DNA from: Centroscyllium fabricii
Taxonomy: Eukaryota
DNA: 64,000 nucleotides
Direction of reading: 5' to 3'
Assembly (NCBI GenBank): GCA_051313645.2
Contig: JBNRSN020000008.1
Span: forward strand, 163,742,001-163,806,000
Position numbers and translations under genes: made by a program. The notes under the pieces were generated by a model, which was not told the origin of the DNA, made no database searches, and saw only the letters and a program-made list of their open reading frames with translations. Of this stretch, positions 14,301 through 28,248 are shown in pieces (the first letter of the stretch is position 1; each line of letters opens with the position of its first letter).

Positions 14301-17300
14301 ATGGGGCAGTGTGTACATGGGGCAGTGTGTACGTGGGGCAGTGTGTAAATGGGGCTGTGTGTAAATGGGGCAGTGTGTAAATGGGGCAGTGTGTAAATGG
14401 GGCAGTGTGTAACTGGGGCAGTGTATAAATGGGGCAGTGTGTTAATTGGGCAGTGTGCAAATTGGGCAGTGTGCAAATTGGGCAGTGTGTGCATGGGTCA
14501 GTTTGTAAATGGGCCATTGTGTAAATTGGGCAGTGTGTAAATGGCCTGGTGTGTAAATTGATCAGTTTGTAAATGGGGCGGTATGTAAATTCTGTGTTGT
14601 GTAAATCGGGTGGTGTTTCAATGGGGCCGTTTGTCAACTGAACAGAGTGTAAATGGAGCAGTCTGTAAATCGAGCGGTGTGTGAATGGGGCGGTGTGTAA
14701 ATGGAGCTGTGTGTCAATGGAGCGGTGTGTCAATGGGGCGGTGTGTCAATGGGGCGGTGTGTCAATGGGGCGGTGTGTCAATGGGGCGGTGTGTCAATGG
14801 GGCGGTGTGTCAATGGGGCGGTGTGTCAATGGGGCGGTGTGTCAATGGGGCGGTGTGTCAATGGGGCGGTGTGTCAATGGGGCGATGTGTCAATGGGGCG
14901 GTGTGTCAATGGGGCGGTGTGTCAATGGGGCGGTGTGTCAATGGGGCGGTGTGTCAATGGGGCGGTGTGTCAATGGGGCGGTGTGTCAATGGGGCGGTGT
15001 GTCAATGGGGCGGTGTGTCAATGGGGCGGTGTGTCAATGGGGCGGTGTGTCAATGGGGCGGTGTGTCAATGGGGCGGTGTGTCAATGGGGCGGTGTGTCA
15101 ATGGGGCGGTGTGTCAATGGGGCGGTGTGTCAATGGGGCGGTGTGTCAATGGGGCGGTGTGTCAATGGGGCGGTGTGTCAATGGGGCGGTGTGTCAATGG
15201 GGTGTTGTGTAAATCGGGCATTGTATAAATTGGCCAGTGTGTAAATGGGGTGGTGTATAAATGGGTTGGTGTGTAAATGGGCTGGTGTGGAAATTGGACA
15301 GTGTGTAAATGGGGCAGTGTATAAATGGGTTGGTGTGTAAATGGGCTGGTGTGGAAATTGGACAGTGTGTAAATGGGGCAGTGTGTAAATGGGGCGCTGT
15401 TCAAATTGGGTGGTGCGTCAATGGGGCGGTGTGTCAATGCGGCGGTGTGCAAATTGGATGGTGTGTAAATGGGGAGCTGTGTAAATGGGGTAGTGTGTAA
15501 ATGGGGCGGTGTGTAAATGGGCGGTGTGTTAATGGACGGCATTGTGTAAATGGGCGGCATTGTGTAAATGGGTGGCATTGTGTAAATGGGGCTGCGTGTA
15601 AATGGGGCTGCGTGTAAATGGGGCTGCGTGTAAATGGGGCTGCGTGTAAATGGGGCGGCGTATAAATGGGGCGGCGTGTAAATGGGGTGGCGTGTAAATG
15701 GATCAGTTTGTAAATGAGCCATTGTGTAAATGGCACGGTACGTAAATTGATCAGTGTGTAAATGGGGCGGTATATAAATTGGGTGGTGTGTAAATCAGGC
15801 AGTGTTTCAATGGGGTGGTGTGTAAACTAAGCAGAGTGTAAATGGAGCAGTGCATAAATCAAGCGGTGTATAAATGGGGCAGTGTGTAATTGGGGTGGTG
15901 TGTAAATCGGGCAGTGTGTAAATTTAGCAGTGCGTAAACTGGGCGGTCTCTAAATCAGGCAGTGTGTAATTTGGGCTGTGTGTGAATGGGGCGGTGTGTA
16001 AATGAAACAGTGTGTAAATTGGATGGTGTAGAAATGGGGCGGTGTGTAAATGGGTCTGTATTTAAATGGCTCTGTATATAAATGTGACGGTGTATCAATG
16101 GGCTGTTGTGTAAATTGGGCAGTATGTAAATGGGGCAGTGTGTAAATGGGGCTATGTGTAAATGGGTCTGTGTGTAAATGGGTCTGTGTGTAAATGGGTC
16201 TGTGTGTTAATGGAATGCTGAGTATATGTTGTGTTGTGTACATGTTGTGGTGTGTAAAAGGTGTGGGGTGTAAATGGGGTGGTGTGTAAATGGGGTGGTG
16301 TGTAAATGGAGTGGTGTGTAAATGGGGCTGTGTGTAAATGGAGCTGTGTGTAAATGGGGCGGTGTGTCAATGGGGCGGTGTGTCAATGGGGCGGTGTGTC
16401 AATGGGGCGGTGTGTCAATGGGGCGGTGTGTCAATGGGGCGGTGTGTCAATGGGGCGGTGTGTCAATGGGGCGGTGTGTCAATGGGGCGGTGTGTCAATG
16501 GGGTGGTGTGTCAATGGGGTGTTGTGTAAATCAGGCAGTGTGTAAATTGGCCTGTTTGTAAAGGGGGCATTGTGTAAATTGGCCAGTGTGTAAATGGGGT
16601 GGTATGTAAATTGGGTGGTGTGTAAATCGGGCGGTGTCAATCGGGCAGTGTGTAAACTGAATGGGGTGTAAATGGAGTGGTGTGTAAATGGGAGTGTGTA
16701 AATCAGGTGGTGTGTAAATGGTGGTGTACATAAGGCTGTATGTAAATGGGGTAGTGTGTAAATGGGGCGGTGTGTAAATGGGCGGTGTGTTAATGGGCAG
16801 CATTGTGTAAATGGGCGGCATTGTGTAAATGGGGCTGCGTGTAAATGGGGCTGCGTGTAAATGGGGCTGCGTGTAAATGGGGCGGCGTGTAAATGGGGCG
16901 GCGTGTAAATGGGGCGGCATGTAAATGGATCAGTTTGTAAATGAGCCATCGTGTAAATGGCACGGTACGTAAATTGATCAGTGTGTAAATGGGGTGGTAT
17001 ATAAATTGGGTGGTGTGTAAATCAGGCAGTGTTTCAATGGGGTGGTGTGTAAACTAAGCAGAGTGTAAATGGAGCAGTGCATAAATCAAGCGGTGTGTAA
17101 ATGGGGCAGTGTGTAATTGGGGTGGTGTGTAAATCGGGCAGTGTGTAAATTTAGCAGTGCGTAAACTGGGCGGTCTCTAAATCAGGCAGTGTGAATTTGG
17201 GCTGTGTGTGAATGGGGCGGTGTGTAAATGAAACAGTGTGTAAATTGGATGGTGTAGAAATGGGGCGGTGTGTAAATGGGTCTGTATGTAAATGGATCTG

Positions 17301-20300
17301 TATATAAATGTGACGGTGTATCAATGGGCTGTTGTGTAAATTGGGCAGTGTGTAAATGGGGCAGTGTGTAAATGGGGCTATGTGTAAATGGGTCTGTGTG
17401 TAAATAGGTCTGTGTGTTAATGGAATGCTGAGTATATGTTGTGGTGTGTACATGGTGTGGTGTGTAAAAGGTGTGGGGTTTAAATGGGGTGGTGTGTAAA
17501 TGGGGTGGTGTGTAAATGGAGTGGTGTGTAAATGGGGTGGTGTGTAAATGGGGTGGTGTGTAAATGGGATAGTGCAGAACGGAGGCTCTGTGTAAATGGG
17601 GCGGTGTGTAAATGGGGCGGTGTGTAAATAGGGCGGTGTGTAAATGGGGCAGCATGTAAATGGGACGGTGTGTAAATTGGGTGGTGTGTAAAGGGGATGG
17701 TGTGTAAATTGAGTGTGGTGCAAATCGGGCGGTGTGTAAATCAGGCGGTGTAAATGGGCCGGTGTGTAAATGGGCCGCAGTGTGTAAATGGGATAGTGCG
17801 GAACGGAGGCTCTGTGTAAATGGGGCGGTGTGTAAATGGGGCAGTGTGTAAATAGGGCGGTGTGTAAATGGGGCAGCATGTAAATGGGACGGTGTGTAAA
17901 TTGGGTGGTGTGTAAAGGGGATGGTGTGTAAATTGAGTGAGGTGCAAATCGGGCGGTGTGTAAATCAGGCGGTGTAAATGGGCCGGTGTGTAAATGGGCC
18001 GGTGTGTAAATGGGGCAGTGTGTAAATGGGGCAGTGTGTGAATCATGCAGTGTGTAAATGGGGTGGTGTGTAAATGGGGCGCTGAGTAAATGGGGCGGTG
18101 TGTAAATGGGGCGGTGTGTAAATGGGGCGGTGTGTAAATGGGGCAGTGTGTAAATGGGGCAGTGTATAAATGGGGCAGCATGTAAATGGGACTGTGTAAA
18201 TGGGGCTGTGTGTGTAAATTAGGCAGTGTATAAATGGGACTGTGTGTAAATGGGACTGTGTGTGTAAATGGGGCTGTGTGTGTAACTGGGGCTGTGTGTA
18301 AATGGGGCTGTGTGTAAATGGGCCTGTGTGTAAATGGGCCTGTGTGTAAATGGGGCTTTGTGTGTAAATGGGGCTTTGTGTGTAAATGGGGCTTTGTGTG
18401 TAAATGGGGCTGTGTGTAAATGGGGTTGTGTTTACATGGGGCAGTATGTAAATGGGGCAACATGTAAATGGGATGGTGTTTACGTGGGGCAGTGTTTACA
18501 TGGGGCAGTGTGTAAATGGGGCGACAAGTAAATGGGATGGTGTGTAAATCGGGCAGTGTGTAAATCAGGCAGTGTTTAAATCGGGCAGTGTGTGAATGGG
18601 TCAGTTTGTAAATAGGCCATTGTGTAAATTGGGCAGTGTGTAAATGGCGCGGTGCGTAAATTGATCAGTTTGTAAATGGGGCGGAGTGTAAATTGGGTGG
18701 TGTGTAAATCGGGCGGTGTTTCAATGGGGCATTTTGAAAACTGATCAGAGTGTAAATGGAGCAGTCTGTAAATCAAGCGGTATGTAAATGGGGCGGTGTC
18801 TAAATCGGGCAGTGTCTAAATCGGGCGGTGTGTGAATGGGACATGTGTGTAAATGGGACATGTGTGTAAATGGGACATGAGTGTAAATGGGACATGAGTG
18901 TAAATGGGATGGTGTGTAAATGTGGCGGTGTGTAAATGGGGTAGTGTGTAAATGGGGTGGTGTGTAAATGGGTGTGTGTGTAAATGGGTGTGTGTGTAAA
19001 TGGGTGTGTGTGTAAATGGGTGTGTGTGTAAATGGGTGTGTGTGTAAATGGGTGTGTGTGTAAATGGGTCTGTGTGTAAATGGGTCTGTGTGTAAATGGG
19101 TCTGTGTGTAAATGGGTCTGTGTGTAAATGGGTCTGTGTGTAAATGGGTCTGTGTGTAAATGGGTCTGTGTGTAAATGGGTCTGTGTGTAAATGGGTCTG
19201 TGTGTAAATGGGTCTGTGTGTAAATGGGTGTGTGTGTAAATGTGTGTGTGTGTAAATGGGGTGGTGTGTAAATGGGTCTGTGTGTAAATGGGTCTGTGTG
19301 TAAATGGGTCTGTGTGTAAATGGGTCTGTGTGTAAATGGGTCTGTGTGTAAATGGGTCTGTGTGTAAATGGGTCTGTGTGTAAATGGGTCTGTGTGTAAA
19401 TGGGTCTGTGTGTAAATGGGTCTGTGTGTAAATGTGATGGTGTATAAATGGGCCGTTGAGTAAATTGGGCGGTGTGGAAATGGGGAGGTGTGGAAATGGA
19501 ACAGTGTGTAAATGGGTCTGTATGTAAATGGGTCTGCATAAAAATGAGATGGTGTATAAATGGGCTGTTGTGTAAATAGGGCTACGTGTACATTGGGGCA
19601 GTGTGTGAATGAGTCTGTGTGTAAATGCAATGCTGTGTAAATGGTGGGGTGTGTAAATGGAATGCTGTGTAAATGGTGGGGTGTGTACATGGTGGGGTGT
19701 GTAAATGGGGCGGCGTGTAAATGGGGCGGCGTGTAAATGGGGCGGCGTGTAAATGGGGCGGCGTGTAAATGGGGCGGCATGAAAATGGGGCGGCGTGTAA
19801 ATGGGGCGGCGTGTAAATGGGGCGGCGTGAAAATGGGACGGCGTGTAAATGGGGCGGCGTGTAAATGGGGCGGCGTGAAAATGGGGCTGTGTGTAAATGG
19901 GGGGCTGCGTGTAAATGGGGCTGCGTGTAAATGGGGCTGCGTGTAAATGGGGCTGCGTGTAAATGGGGCTGCGTGTAAATGGGGCGGCGTGTAAATGGGG
20001 CGGCGTGTAAATGGGGCGGCGTGTAAATGGGGCGGCGTGAAAATGGGGCTGTGTGTAAATGGGGCTGCGTGTAAATGGGGCTGCGTGTAAATGGGGCTGC
20101 GTGTAAATGGGGCTGCGTGTAAATGGGGCTGCGTGTAAATGGGGCTGCGTGTAAATGGGGCTGCGTGTAAATGGGGCAGCGTGTAAATGGGGTAGCGTGT
20201 AAATGGGGCAGCGTGTAAATGGGGCAGAGTGTAAATGGGGCAGTGTGTAAATGGGGCAGTGTGTAAAGGGGGCGACATGTAAATGGAACGGTGTGTAAAT

Positions 20301-23300
20301 CGGGCAGTGTGTATATTCGGTGGTGTGTAAAGGGGGCGGTGTGTAAAGGGGGCGGTGTGTAAAGGGGCGGTGTGTAAAGGGGACGGTGTGTAAAGGGGAC
20401 GGTGTGTAAATGGGGCGGTGTGTAAATGGGGCAGCATGTAAATAGGGCAGCATGTAAATAGGGCAGCATGTAAATGGGGCAGCGTGTAAATGGGGCAGTG
20501 TGTAAATCAGGCAGTGTATAAATCGGCCTGTTTGTAAAGGGGGCACTGTGTAAATTGGCCAGTGTGTGAATGGGGTGGTATGTAAATTGGGTGGTGTGTA
20601 AATCAGGCGGTGTGTCAATGGGGCAGTGTGTAAACTGAATGGTGTATAAATGGAGCAGTGTGTAAATGGACTGGTGTGTAAATGGAAGAGTGTGTAAATC
20701 AGGTGGTGTGTAAGTGGTGGTGTACATGAGGCGGTATGTAAATTGTTGTCTTTAAATGTGGTGTTGTGCAAATGGGATGGTGTGTAAATGGGTCTGTGTG
20801 TACATGGGGCGGTGTATAAATGGGATGGTGTGTAAATGGGCTGGTGTGTAAATCATGCGGTGTGTAATTGGGGTAGTTTGTAAATTGGGCAGTGTGTAAA
20901 CGGGGCGGTGTTTAAATCAGGAAGTGTGTAAATTGGGAAGTGTGTGAATGGGATGGTGTGTGAATGGGGTGGTGTGTGAATGGGTCAGTGTGTAAATGGG
21001 GCGTAATGTGAATTGGGACTGGTGTAAATCGGGCAGTGTGTCAATGGGGCAGTGTGTAAACTGAGCGGTGTATAAATGGAGCAGTGTGTAAATCGAGCAG
21101 TGTGTACATGGGACAGTGTATAAATCTGGTGGTGTGTAAATGGTGGTGTACATGAGGCGGTGTGTAAATCGGGCAGTGTGTAAATGGGGTGGTGTGTAAA
21201 TTGAGCGGTGTGTAAATGGGGCATTGTCTAAATCAGGCGGTGTGTAAATGGGCTGGTGTGGAAGTCGGACGGTGAGTAATTGGGGTGGTGTGTAAATGGG
21301 AGGGTGTTTAAATGGGGTGGGGTGTAAAATGGCCAGTGTGTCACGCGGCCGGTATATAAATCGGGCAGGTGTGTAAATGGGGCGGTGTTTAAATGGAACA
21401 GTGTGTAAATGGGTCGGTGTGCAAATGTGACTGTGTACAAATGGGCCGTTGTGTAAATTTGGTCGTGTGTAAATGAGACGGTGTGTAAATGGGACGGTGT
21501 GTAAATGGGGCGGTGTGTAAATGGGGCGGTGTGTAAATGGGGCGGTGTGTAAATGGGGCGGTGTGTAAATGGGGCGGTGTGTAAATGGGGCGGTGCGTAA
21601 ATGGGGCGGTGTGTAAATGGGGCGGTGTGTAAATGGGGCACTGTTTAAATGGGGCACTGTTTAAATGGGGCAGTGAATAAATGGGGCGGTGTTTAAATGG
21701 GTCAGTGTGTAAATGGGGCAGCGTTTCAATGGGGTAGTATGTAAATGGGGCAGCGTGTAAATGGGATGGTGTGTAAATGGGGCAGTGTCTAAATGGGGTA
21801 GGATGTAAATGGGGTGGTGTGTAAATCAGACGGTGTGTAAATCAGTCAGTGTAAATGGGGCGGTGTCTAAATGGGACAGTGTGTAAATGGGGCAGTGTGT
21901 AAATCGGGCAGTGTGTCAATGGGGTGGTGTGTAAACAGAGTGGTGTATACATGGAGCAGTGTGTAAATCGAGCGGTGTGTAAATGGGACACTGTATAAAT
22001 CAGTTGGTGTGTAAATGGTGGTGTACATGAGGTGGTGTGTAAATAGGGCCGTGTGTAAATGGGGTGGTGTGTGAATTGAGCAGTGTGTAAATGGGGCGGC
22101 GTGGAAATCAGGCGGATGTGTAAATGGGGCGGTGTGTAAATGGGGCAGTGTGTAAATGGGATGGTGTGTAAGTCATGCGGTGTGTAAATGGTAATGCTTA
22201 GACTATGGGGCTGGTAGTTCTCTTATCTCAGTGTGTAAACAGAGTGGTGTGCAAATGGGACAGTGTATAAATCAGGCAGTGTGCAAATGGAGGTGTACAT
22301 GAGGCAGGGTGTAAATCGGCAAGTGTATAAATGGGGTGTTGCATAAATCGAGCAGTGTATAAATTGAGTGATGTGTAAATGAGGTAGTGTCTAAATCGGG
22401 CGGTGTGTGAATTCGGCTGTGTGTTAATGGGGCTGTGTGTAAATGGGGCAGTGTATAAATCAGCCGAGTGTGTAAATGGGGCAGTGTGTAAACGGGGCCG
22501 TGTGGAAATCAGATGGTGTGTAAATCGGATGGTGTGTAAATGGGGAGGAGTGTAAATGGGGAGGAGTGTAAATGGGGTGGTGTCTAAATGGGCCATTGTG
22601 TAAATTGGGTGTCGTGTAAATGGGGCAGTGTGTGAATGGAGTGGTGTGTAAATGGTGCGATGTGTAAATGGGGCAGTGTGTAAATGGGGCAGTGTGTAAA
22701 TGGGGCGGTGTTTAAATGGGGCGGTGTTTAAATGGGGCGGTGTATAAATGGGGCGGTGTATAAATGGGGCGGTATATAAATGGGGAGGTGAGGAAATGGG
22801 ATTGCGTGTAAATGGGGCAGCGTTTCAATGGGGTAGTATGTAAATGGGGCAGCGTGTAAATGGGATGGTGTGTAAATTGGTCAGTGTGTAAATCAGGTGG
22901 ATGTATAAATGGGGTGGTGTGTGAATGGGGCGGTCTGTAAATCAGGTGGCTCTGTAAATGGGGCGGTGAGGAAATGGGATTGTGTGTAAATGGGGCGGTG
23001 TGTAAATGGGGCGGTGTGTAAATGGGGCGGTGTGTAAATGGGGCGGTGTGTAAATGGGGCGGTGTGTGAATGGGGCGGTGTGTGAATGGGGCGGTGTGTG
23101 AATGGGGCGGTGTGTGAATGGGGCGGTGTGCGAATGGGGCGGTGTGCGAATGGGGCGGTGTGCGAATGGGGTGGTGTGCGAACAGGGGCGGTATGTAAGT
23201 GGGCGGAGTATGAATGGGGCAGTGTGTGTGAATGGGGCAGTGTGTGCGTATGGGGCAGTGTGTAAATGGGGCGGTGTGAAAATGCGGCGGTGTGCGAATG

Positions 23301-23566
23301 GGGTGGTGTGCGAAAGGGGGCGGTCTGTAAATGGGCGGTGTTGAATGGGGAAGTGTGTGTAAATGGGTCAGTGTGTAAATGGGTGGTGTGCGAATGGGCA
23401 GTGTGTGAATGGGGCAGCGTGTGTAAATGGGGAAGCGTGTAAATGGGCAGCATGTAAATGGGGCAGTGTGTAAAGGGGGCCGTGTGCGAATGGGGCCGTG
23501 TGTGAATGGGGCCGTGTATAAATGGGGCAGTGTGTAAATGGGTTGGTGTGTAAATGGGGCTGTGTG

Positions 23567-23795
23567 TGACATGAATCCTGTCGTTGATGTGGAAATGATT
23601 TCTGAAATAATACTGGGCGGCCTGCTGGTGGCCCTGTGCAGGCAGAGTATAAATACTTGGGCCTAAGCCCAGCTTGCTCAGGACTTTCTTTAATAGGAAC
23701 TAGTGAAGGACACAACTAGACCTCCATGTTCTAAAATAGTTGATTAAAGCTTTGTTTAATGATTAGACTAAGTGCCTAGTAGTTTTCTTATGTCA
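23567..23795 (+). mobile_element. Solo-LTR-like cassette, copy 5
   Basis: TGACATG...TTATGTCA with GTGTG flanks. Confidence 0.75.
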
Positions 23796-24555
23796 GTGTG
23801 TAAATGGGGCTGTGTGTAAATGGAGCAGTGTGTAAATGGAGCAGTGTGTAAATGGGAGGGTGTGTAAATGGGGTGGGGTGTAAATGGGGTGGTGTGTAAA
23901 TGGGGCAGTGTGTAAATGTGGCAGTGTGTAAATGTGGCAGTGTGTAAATGGAGCAGTGTGTAAATGGGGCAGTTTGTAAATGGGGCAGTGTGTAAATGGG
24001 GCAGTGTGTAAATGGGGCAGTGTGTAAATGGGGCAGTGTGTAAATGGGGCAGTGTGTAAAATGGGGCAGTGTGTAAAATGAGGCAGTGTGTAAAATGAGG
24101 CAGTGTGTAAAATGGGGCGATGTGTAAATGGGGCGGCGTGTAAATGGGGTGGCGTGTAAATGGGGCGGCGTGTACATGGGGCGTCGTGTACATGGGGCGT
24201 GGTGTACATGGGGCGTGGTGTACATGGGGCGTGGTGTACATGGGGCGTCGTGTACATGGGGCGTCGTGTACATGGGCGTCGTGTACATGGGGCGTCGTGT
24301 ACACGGGGCGTCGTGTACACGGGGCGTCGTGTACACGGGGCGTCGTGTACATGGGGCGTCGTGTACACGGGGCGTCGTGTACACGGGGCGTCGTGTAAAT
24401 GGGGCGTCGTGTACATGGGGCGTCGTGTAAATTGGGCGTCGTGTAAATGGGGCGTCGTGTAAATGGGGCGTCGTGTAAATGGGGCGTCGTGTAAATGGGG
24501 CGGCGTGTAAATGTGGTGGCGTGTAAATGGGATGGTGTCTAACTGGGGCAGTGTG

Positions 24556-24783
24556 TGACATGAATCTTGTCGTTCATGTGGAAATGATTTCTGAAATAAT
24601 ACTGGGCGGCCTGCTGGTGGCGCTGTCCAGGCAGAGTATAAATACTCGGCCTAGGCCCAGCTTGCTCAGGCCATTCTTTAACAGGAACTAGTGAAGGACA
24701 CAACTAGACCTCCATGTTCTAAAACAGTTGATTAAAGCTTTGTTTAATGATTAGACTAAGTGCCTAGTAGTTTTCTTATGTCA
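24556..24783 (+). mobile_element. Solo-LTR-like cassette, copy 6
   Basis: TGACATG...TTATGTCA with GTGTG flanks. Confidence 0.75.
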
Positions 24784-25770
24784 GTGTGTAAATGGGGCGG
24801 TGTGTAAATCAGGTGGGCGTGTAAATGGGCAGTGTGTAAATCAGGCAGGTGTGTAAATGGGGTGGTGTGTAAATGCGGCATGTATGTAAATCAGGTGGTG
24901 TGTAAATCATCAGGTGTGTAAATTGTGCAGTGTGTTAATTGGACGATGTGTTAATCAGGCGGTGTGTGTAAATAGGGCGGAGTGTAAATGCGGTGGTGTG
25001 TAAACTGAACGGTGTACTAATCAGGCGGTGTGTATATCAGACAGTGTGTAAATCTGGTGGTGTGTGTAAATGGGGCTGTGTGTAAATCAAGCAGCGTGTT
25101 AATCAGGCAGTGTGTAAATCAGACGGTGTGAAAATGGGGTGGTGTGTGTAACTCAGACGGTGTGTAAATCAGACAGTGTGTAAAAATAGGGCGGAGTGTG
25201 AATGGGGCGGTGTGTAAACCAGGTGGTGTGTGTAAATGGGGTGGTGTTTAAATGGGGCGGTTTGTAAAGCGGACGGTGTGTAAATGAGCTGGTGTATGTA
25301 AATGGGGTGGTGTGTAAATGGGACAGAGTGTAAATTGAGCGGTGTGCTAATCGGGCAGTGTGTAAATCGGGCAGTGTGTGTAAATCGGGCAGTGTGTGTA
25401 AATGGGGTGATGTGTGAGAATGGGGCAATGTGTGAATGGTGCAGGGTGTAAAGCGGGCGGTGTGTAAAGTGGGTGAAGTGTGAAAGGGGGCGGTATGTAA
25501 ATGGGAGGTGTGTGAATGGGGCAGTGTGTGAATGGGGCAGTGTGTAAATGGGGCGGTGTGTAAATGGGGCAGCGTGTGTAAATGGGGCAGTGTGTAAATG
25601 GGGCGGTGTGTAAATGGGGCGGTGTGTGAATGGAGTGGTGTGTAAAAGGGGCGGTGTGTGAATGGGGCAGTGTGTAAATGGGGCGGTGTGTAAATGGAGC
25701 GGTGTGTAAATGGAGTGGTGTGTAAAAGGGGCGGTGTGTGAATGGGGCAGTGTGTAAATGGGGCAGTGTT

Positions 25771-25995
25771 TGACATGAACCTTGTCATTCATGTGAAAAT
25801 GATTTATGAAATCATACTGGGTGGCCTGCTGGTGGCTCTGTTCAGGCAGAGGAAAATACTCGGCCTAAGCCCAGCTTGCTCAGGACATTCTTTAACAGGA
25901 ACTAGTGAAGGACACAACTAGACTTCCGTTCCAAAATAGTTGATTAAAGCTTTATTCAATTATTAGACTAAGTGCCTAGTAGTTTTCTTATGCCA
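25771..25995 (+). mobile_element. Solo-LTR-like cassette, copy 7 (more diverged)
   Basis: Same cassette with small deletions; TATA box lost (GAGGAAATAC); ends TATGCCA. Confidence 0.72.
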
Positions 25996-28020
25996 GTATG
26001 TGAATAGGGTGGTGTGTGCAAATGGGCAGTGTGTAAATGGTGCAGGGTGTAAAGCAGATGGGGTGTAATGAGGGTGGTCTGTAAAGTGGGTGATGTGTGA
26101 ATGGGGTAAGTATGTAAATCGGGCGGTGTGTAAATCAGGAGGTGTGTAAATTGTGCAGTATGTTAATTGGACGATATGTTAATCAGGCGGTGTATAAATG
26201 GGGTGGTGTGTAAACTGAGCGGTGTGTTAATCAGGTGGTGTGTAAATCTGGTGGTGTGTGTAAATGGGGCGGTGTGTAAATCAAGCGGCGTGTTAATCGG
26301 CCATTGTGTAAATCAGACAGTGTGTAAATCAGGCGGTGTGTTCAAATGGGGTGGATTGTAAATTGGACGGTGTGTAAATCAGCCGGTGTGTGTAAATGGG
26401 GTGGTGTGCGAATGGGGTGGTGTGCGAAAGGGGGCAGTATGTAAATGGGAGGTGTTGAATGGGGCAGTGTGTAAATGGGCGGTGTGCAAATGTGCAGTGT
26501 GTGCGAAGGGGCAGTGCGTGTAAATGGGGCAGCATGTGTAAATAGGGCAGCGTGTAAATGGAGCAGCGTGTAAATGGAGCAGCATGTAAATGGAGCAGCG
26601 TGTAAATGGAGCAGCGTGTAAATGGAGCAGCGTGTAAATGGGGCAGCGTGGAAATGGGGCAGCGTGGAAATGGGGCAGCGCGGAAATGGGGCAGCGCGGA
26701 AATGGGGCAGCGCGGAAATGGGGCAGCGCGGAAATGGGGCAGTGCGTAAATTGGCGGTGTGTAAATGGGGCGGTATTTAAATCAGACGGGTGTGTACATA
26801 TGGCGGTATGTAAATGGGGTGGGTGTGTAAATTGGGTGGTGTGTAAATCGGCTAGTGTGTAAATCGGGCGGTGTGTAAATCGGGCAGTGTGTAAATCTGG
26901 CAGTGTGTAAATCTGGCAGTGTGTAAATCTGGCAGTGTGTAAATCTGGCAGTGTGTAAAACGGGCAGTGTGTAAAACGAGCAGTGTGTAAAACAGGCGGT
27001 GTGTAAATCGGGTGGTGTGTTAATCGGGCGCTGTTTTAATCGGGCGGTGTTTAAATGAGGCGATGTGGAAATGGGACGGTGTGTAAATTGAGCGGTATGT
27101 AAATCAAGCAGCGTGTTAATCAGCCAGTGTGTAAATCAGACGATGTGTAAATCAGATGATGTGTGTAAATGGAGCGGTGTGTAAATCATGCAGTGCGTAA
27201 ATCGGATGATGTGTAAATCAGACGGTGTGTGTAAATGGGGCGGTGTGTAAATCAGATGGTGTGTAAATCATGCAGTGTGTGTAAGTGGGACGGTGTGTGA
27301 ATGGGGCGGTGTGTGAATGGGACGGTGTGTGAATAGGGCAGTGTTAAATGGGGCGGTGTGCAAATGGGCAGTGTGTAAAGCGGGTGGTATTCAAATCGGG
27401 CGGTGTGTAAATGGTGCAGTGGATAAATGAGGCGGTGTGTGTGAATGGGGCGGTGTGTGTAAATGGGACGGTGTGTAAATGGGTCGGTGTGTAAATGGTG
27501 CGGGGTGTAAAGTGGGTGAGATTTAAAGCAGGCGGTGTGTAAATGAGGCGGTGTGTAAATGAGGCAGTGTGTAAATGAGGCGGTGTGTAAATGAGGCGGC
27601 GTGTAAACAGGGCGATGTGTGAATGGGGCATTGGTTAATGGGTGGAGTGCGAAAGGGGGCAGTGTGTAAATGGGCCGGTGGGTAAATGGGGCAGTGTGTA
27701 AATGGGGTTGTGTGTAATCAGGGTCGGTGTGTAAATTAGATGGGTGTGCAAATGGGGCGGTGGGTAAATCAAGCAGTCTGTAAATGGAGCGGCGTGTAAA
27801 TGGGACGTTGTGTAAATGGGGTGGTGTCTAAATGGGGCGGTGTGCAAATGGGGCGGTGTGCAAATGGGGCGGTGTGCAAATGGGGCGGTGTGCAAATGGG
27901 GCAGTGTGCAAATGGGGCAGTGTGCAAATGGGGCGGTGTGCAAATGGGGCGGTGTGCAAATGGGGCGGTGTGCAAATGGGGGTGTGTGTAAATGGGGCGG
28001 TGCGTAAATGGGGCAGTGTG

Positions 28021-28248
28021 TGACATGAATCTTGTCATTCATGCAGAAATGATTTATGAAATAATACTGGGTGGCCTGCTGGTGGCGCTGTCCAGACAGA
28101 ATATAAATACTCGGCCTAAGCCCAGCTTGCTCAGGACATTCTTTAACAGGAACTAGTGAAGAACACAACCAGACCTCCATGTTCTAAAACAGTTGATTAA
28201 AGCTTTGTTTAATGATTAGACTAAGTGCCTAGTAGTTTTCTTAGGTCA
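28021..28248 (+). mobile_element. Solo-LTR-like cassette, copy 8
   Basis: TGACATG...TTAGGTCA with GTGTG flanks. Confidence 0.75.
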
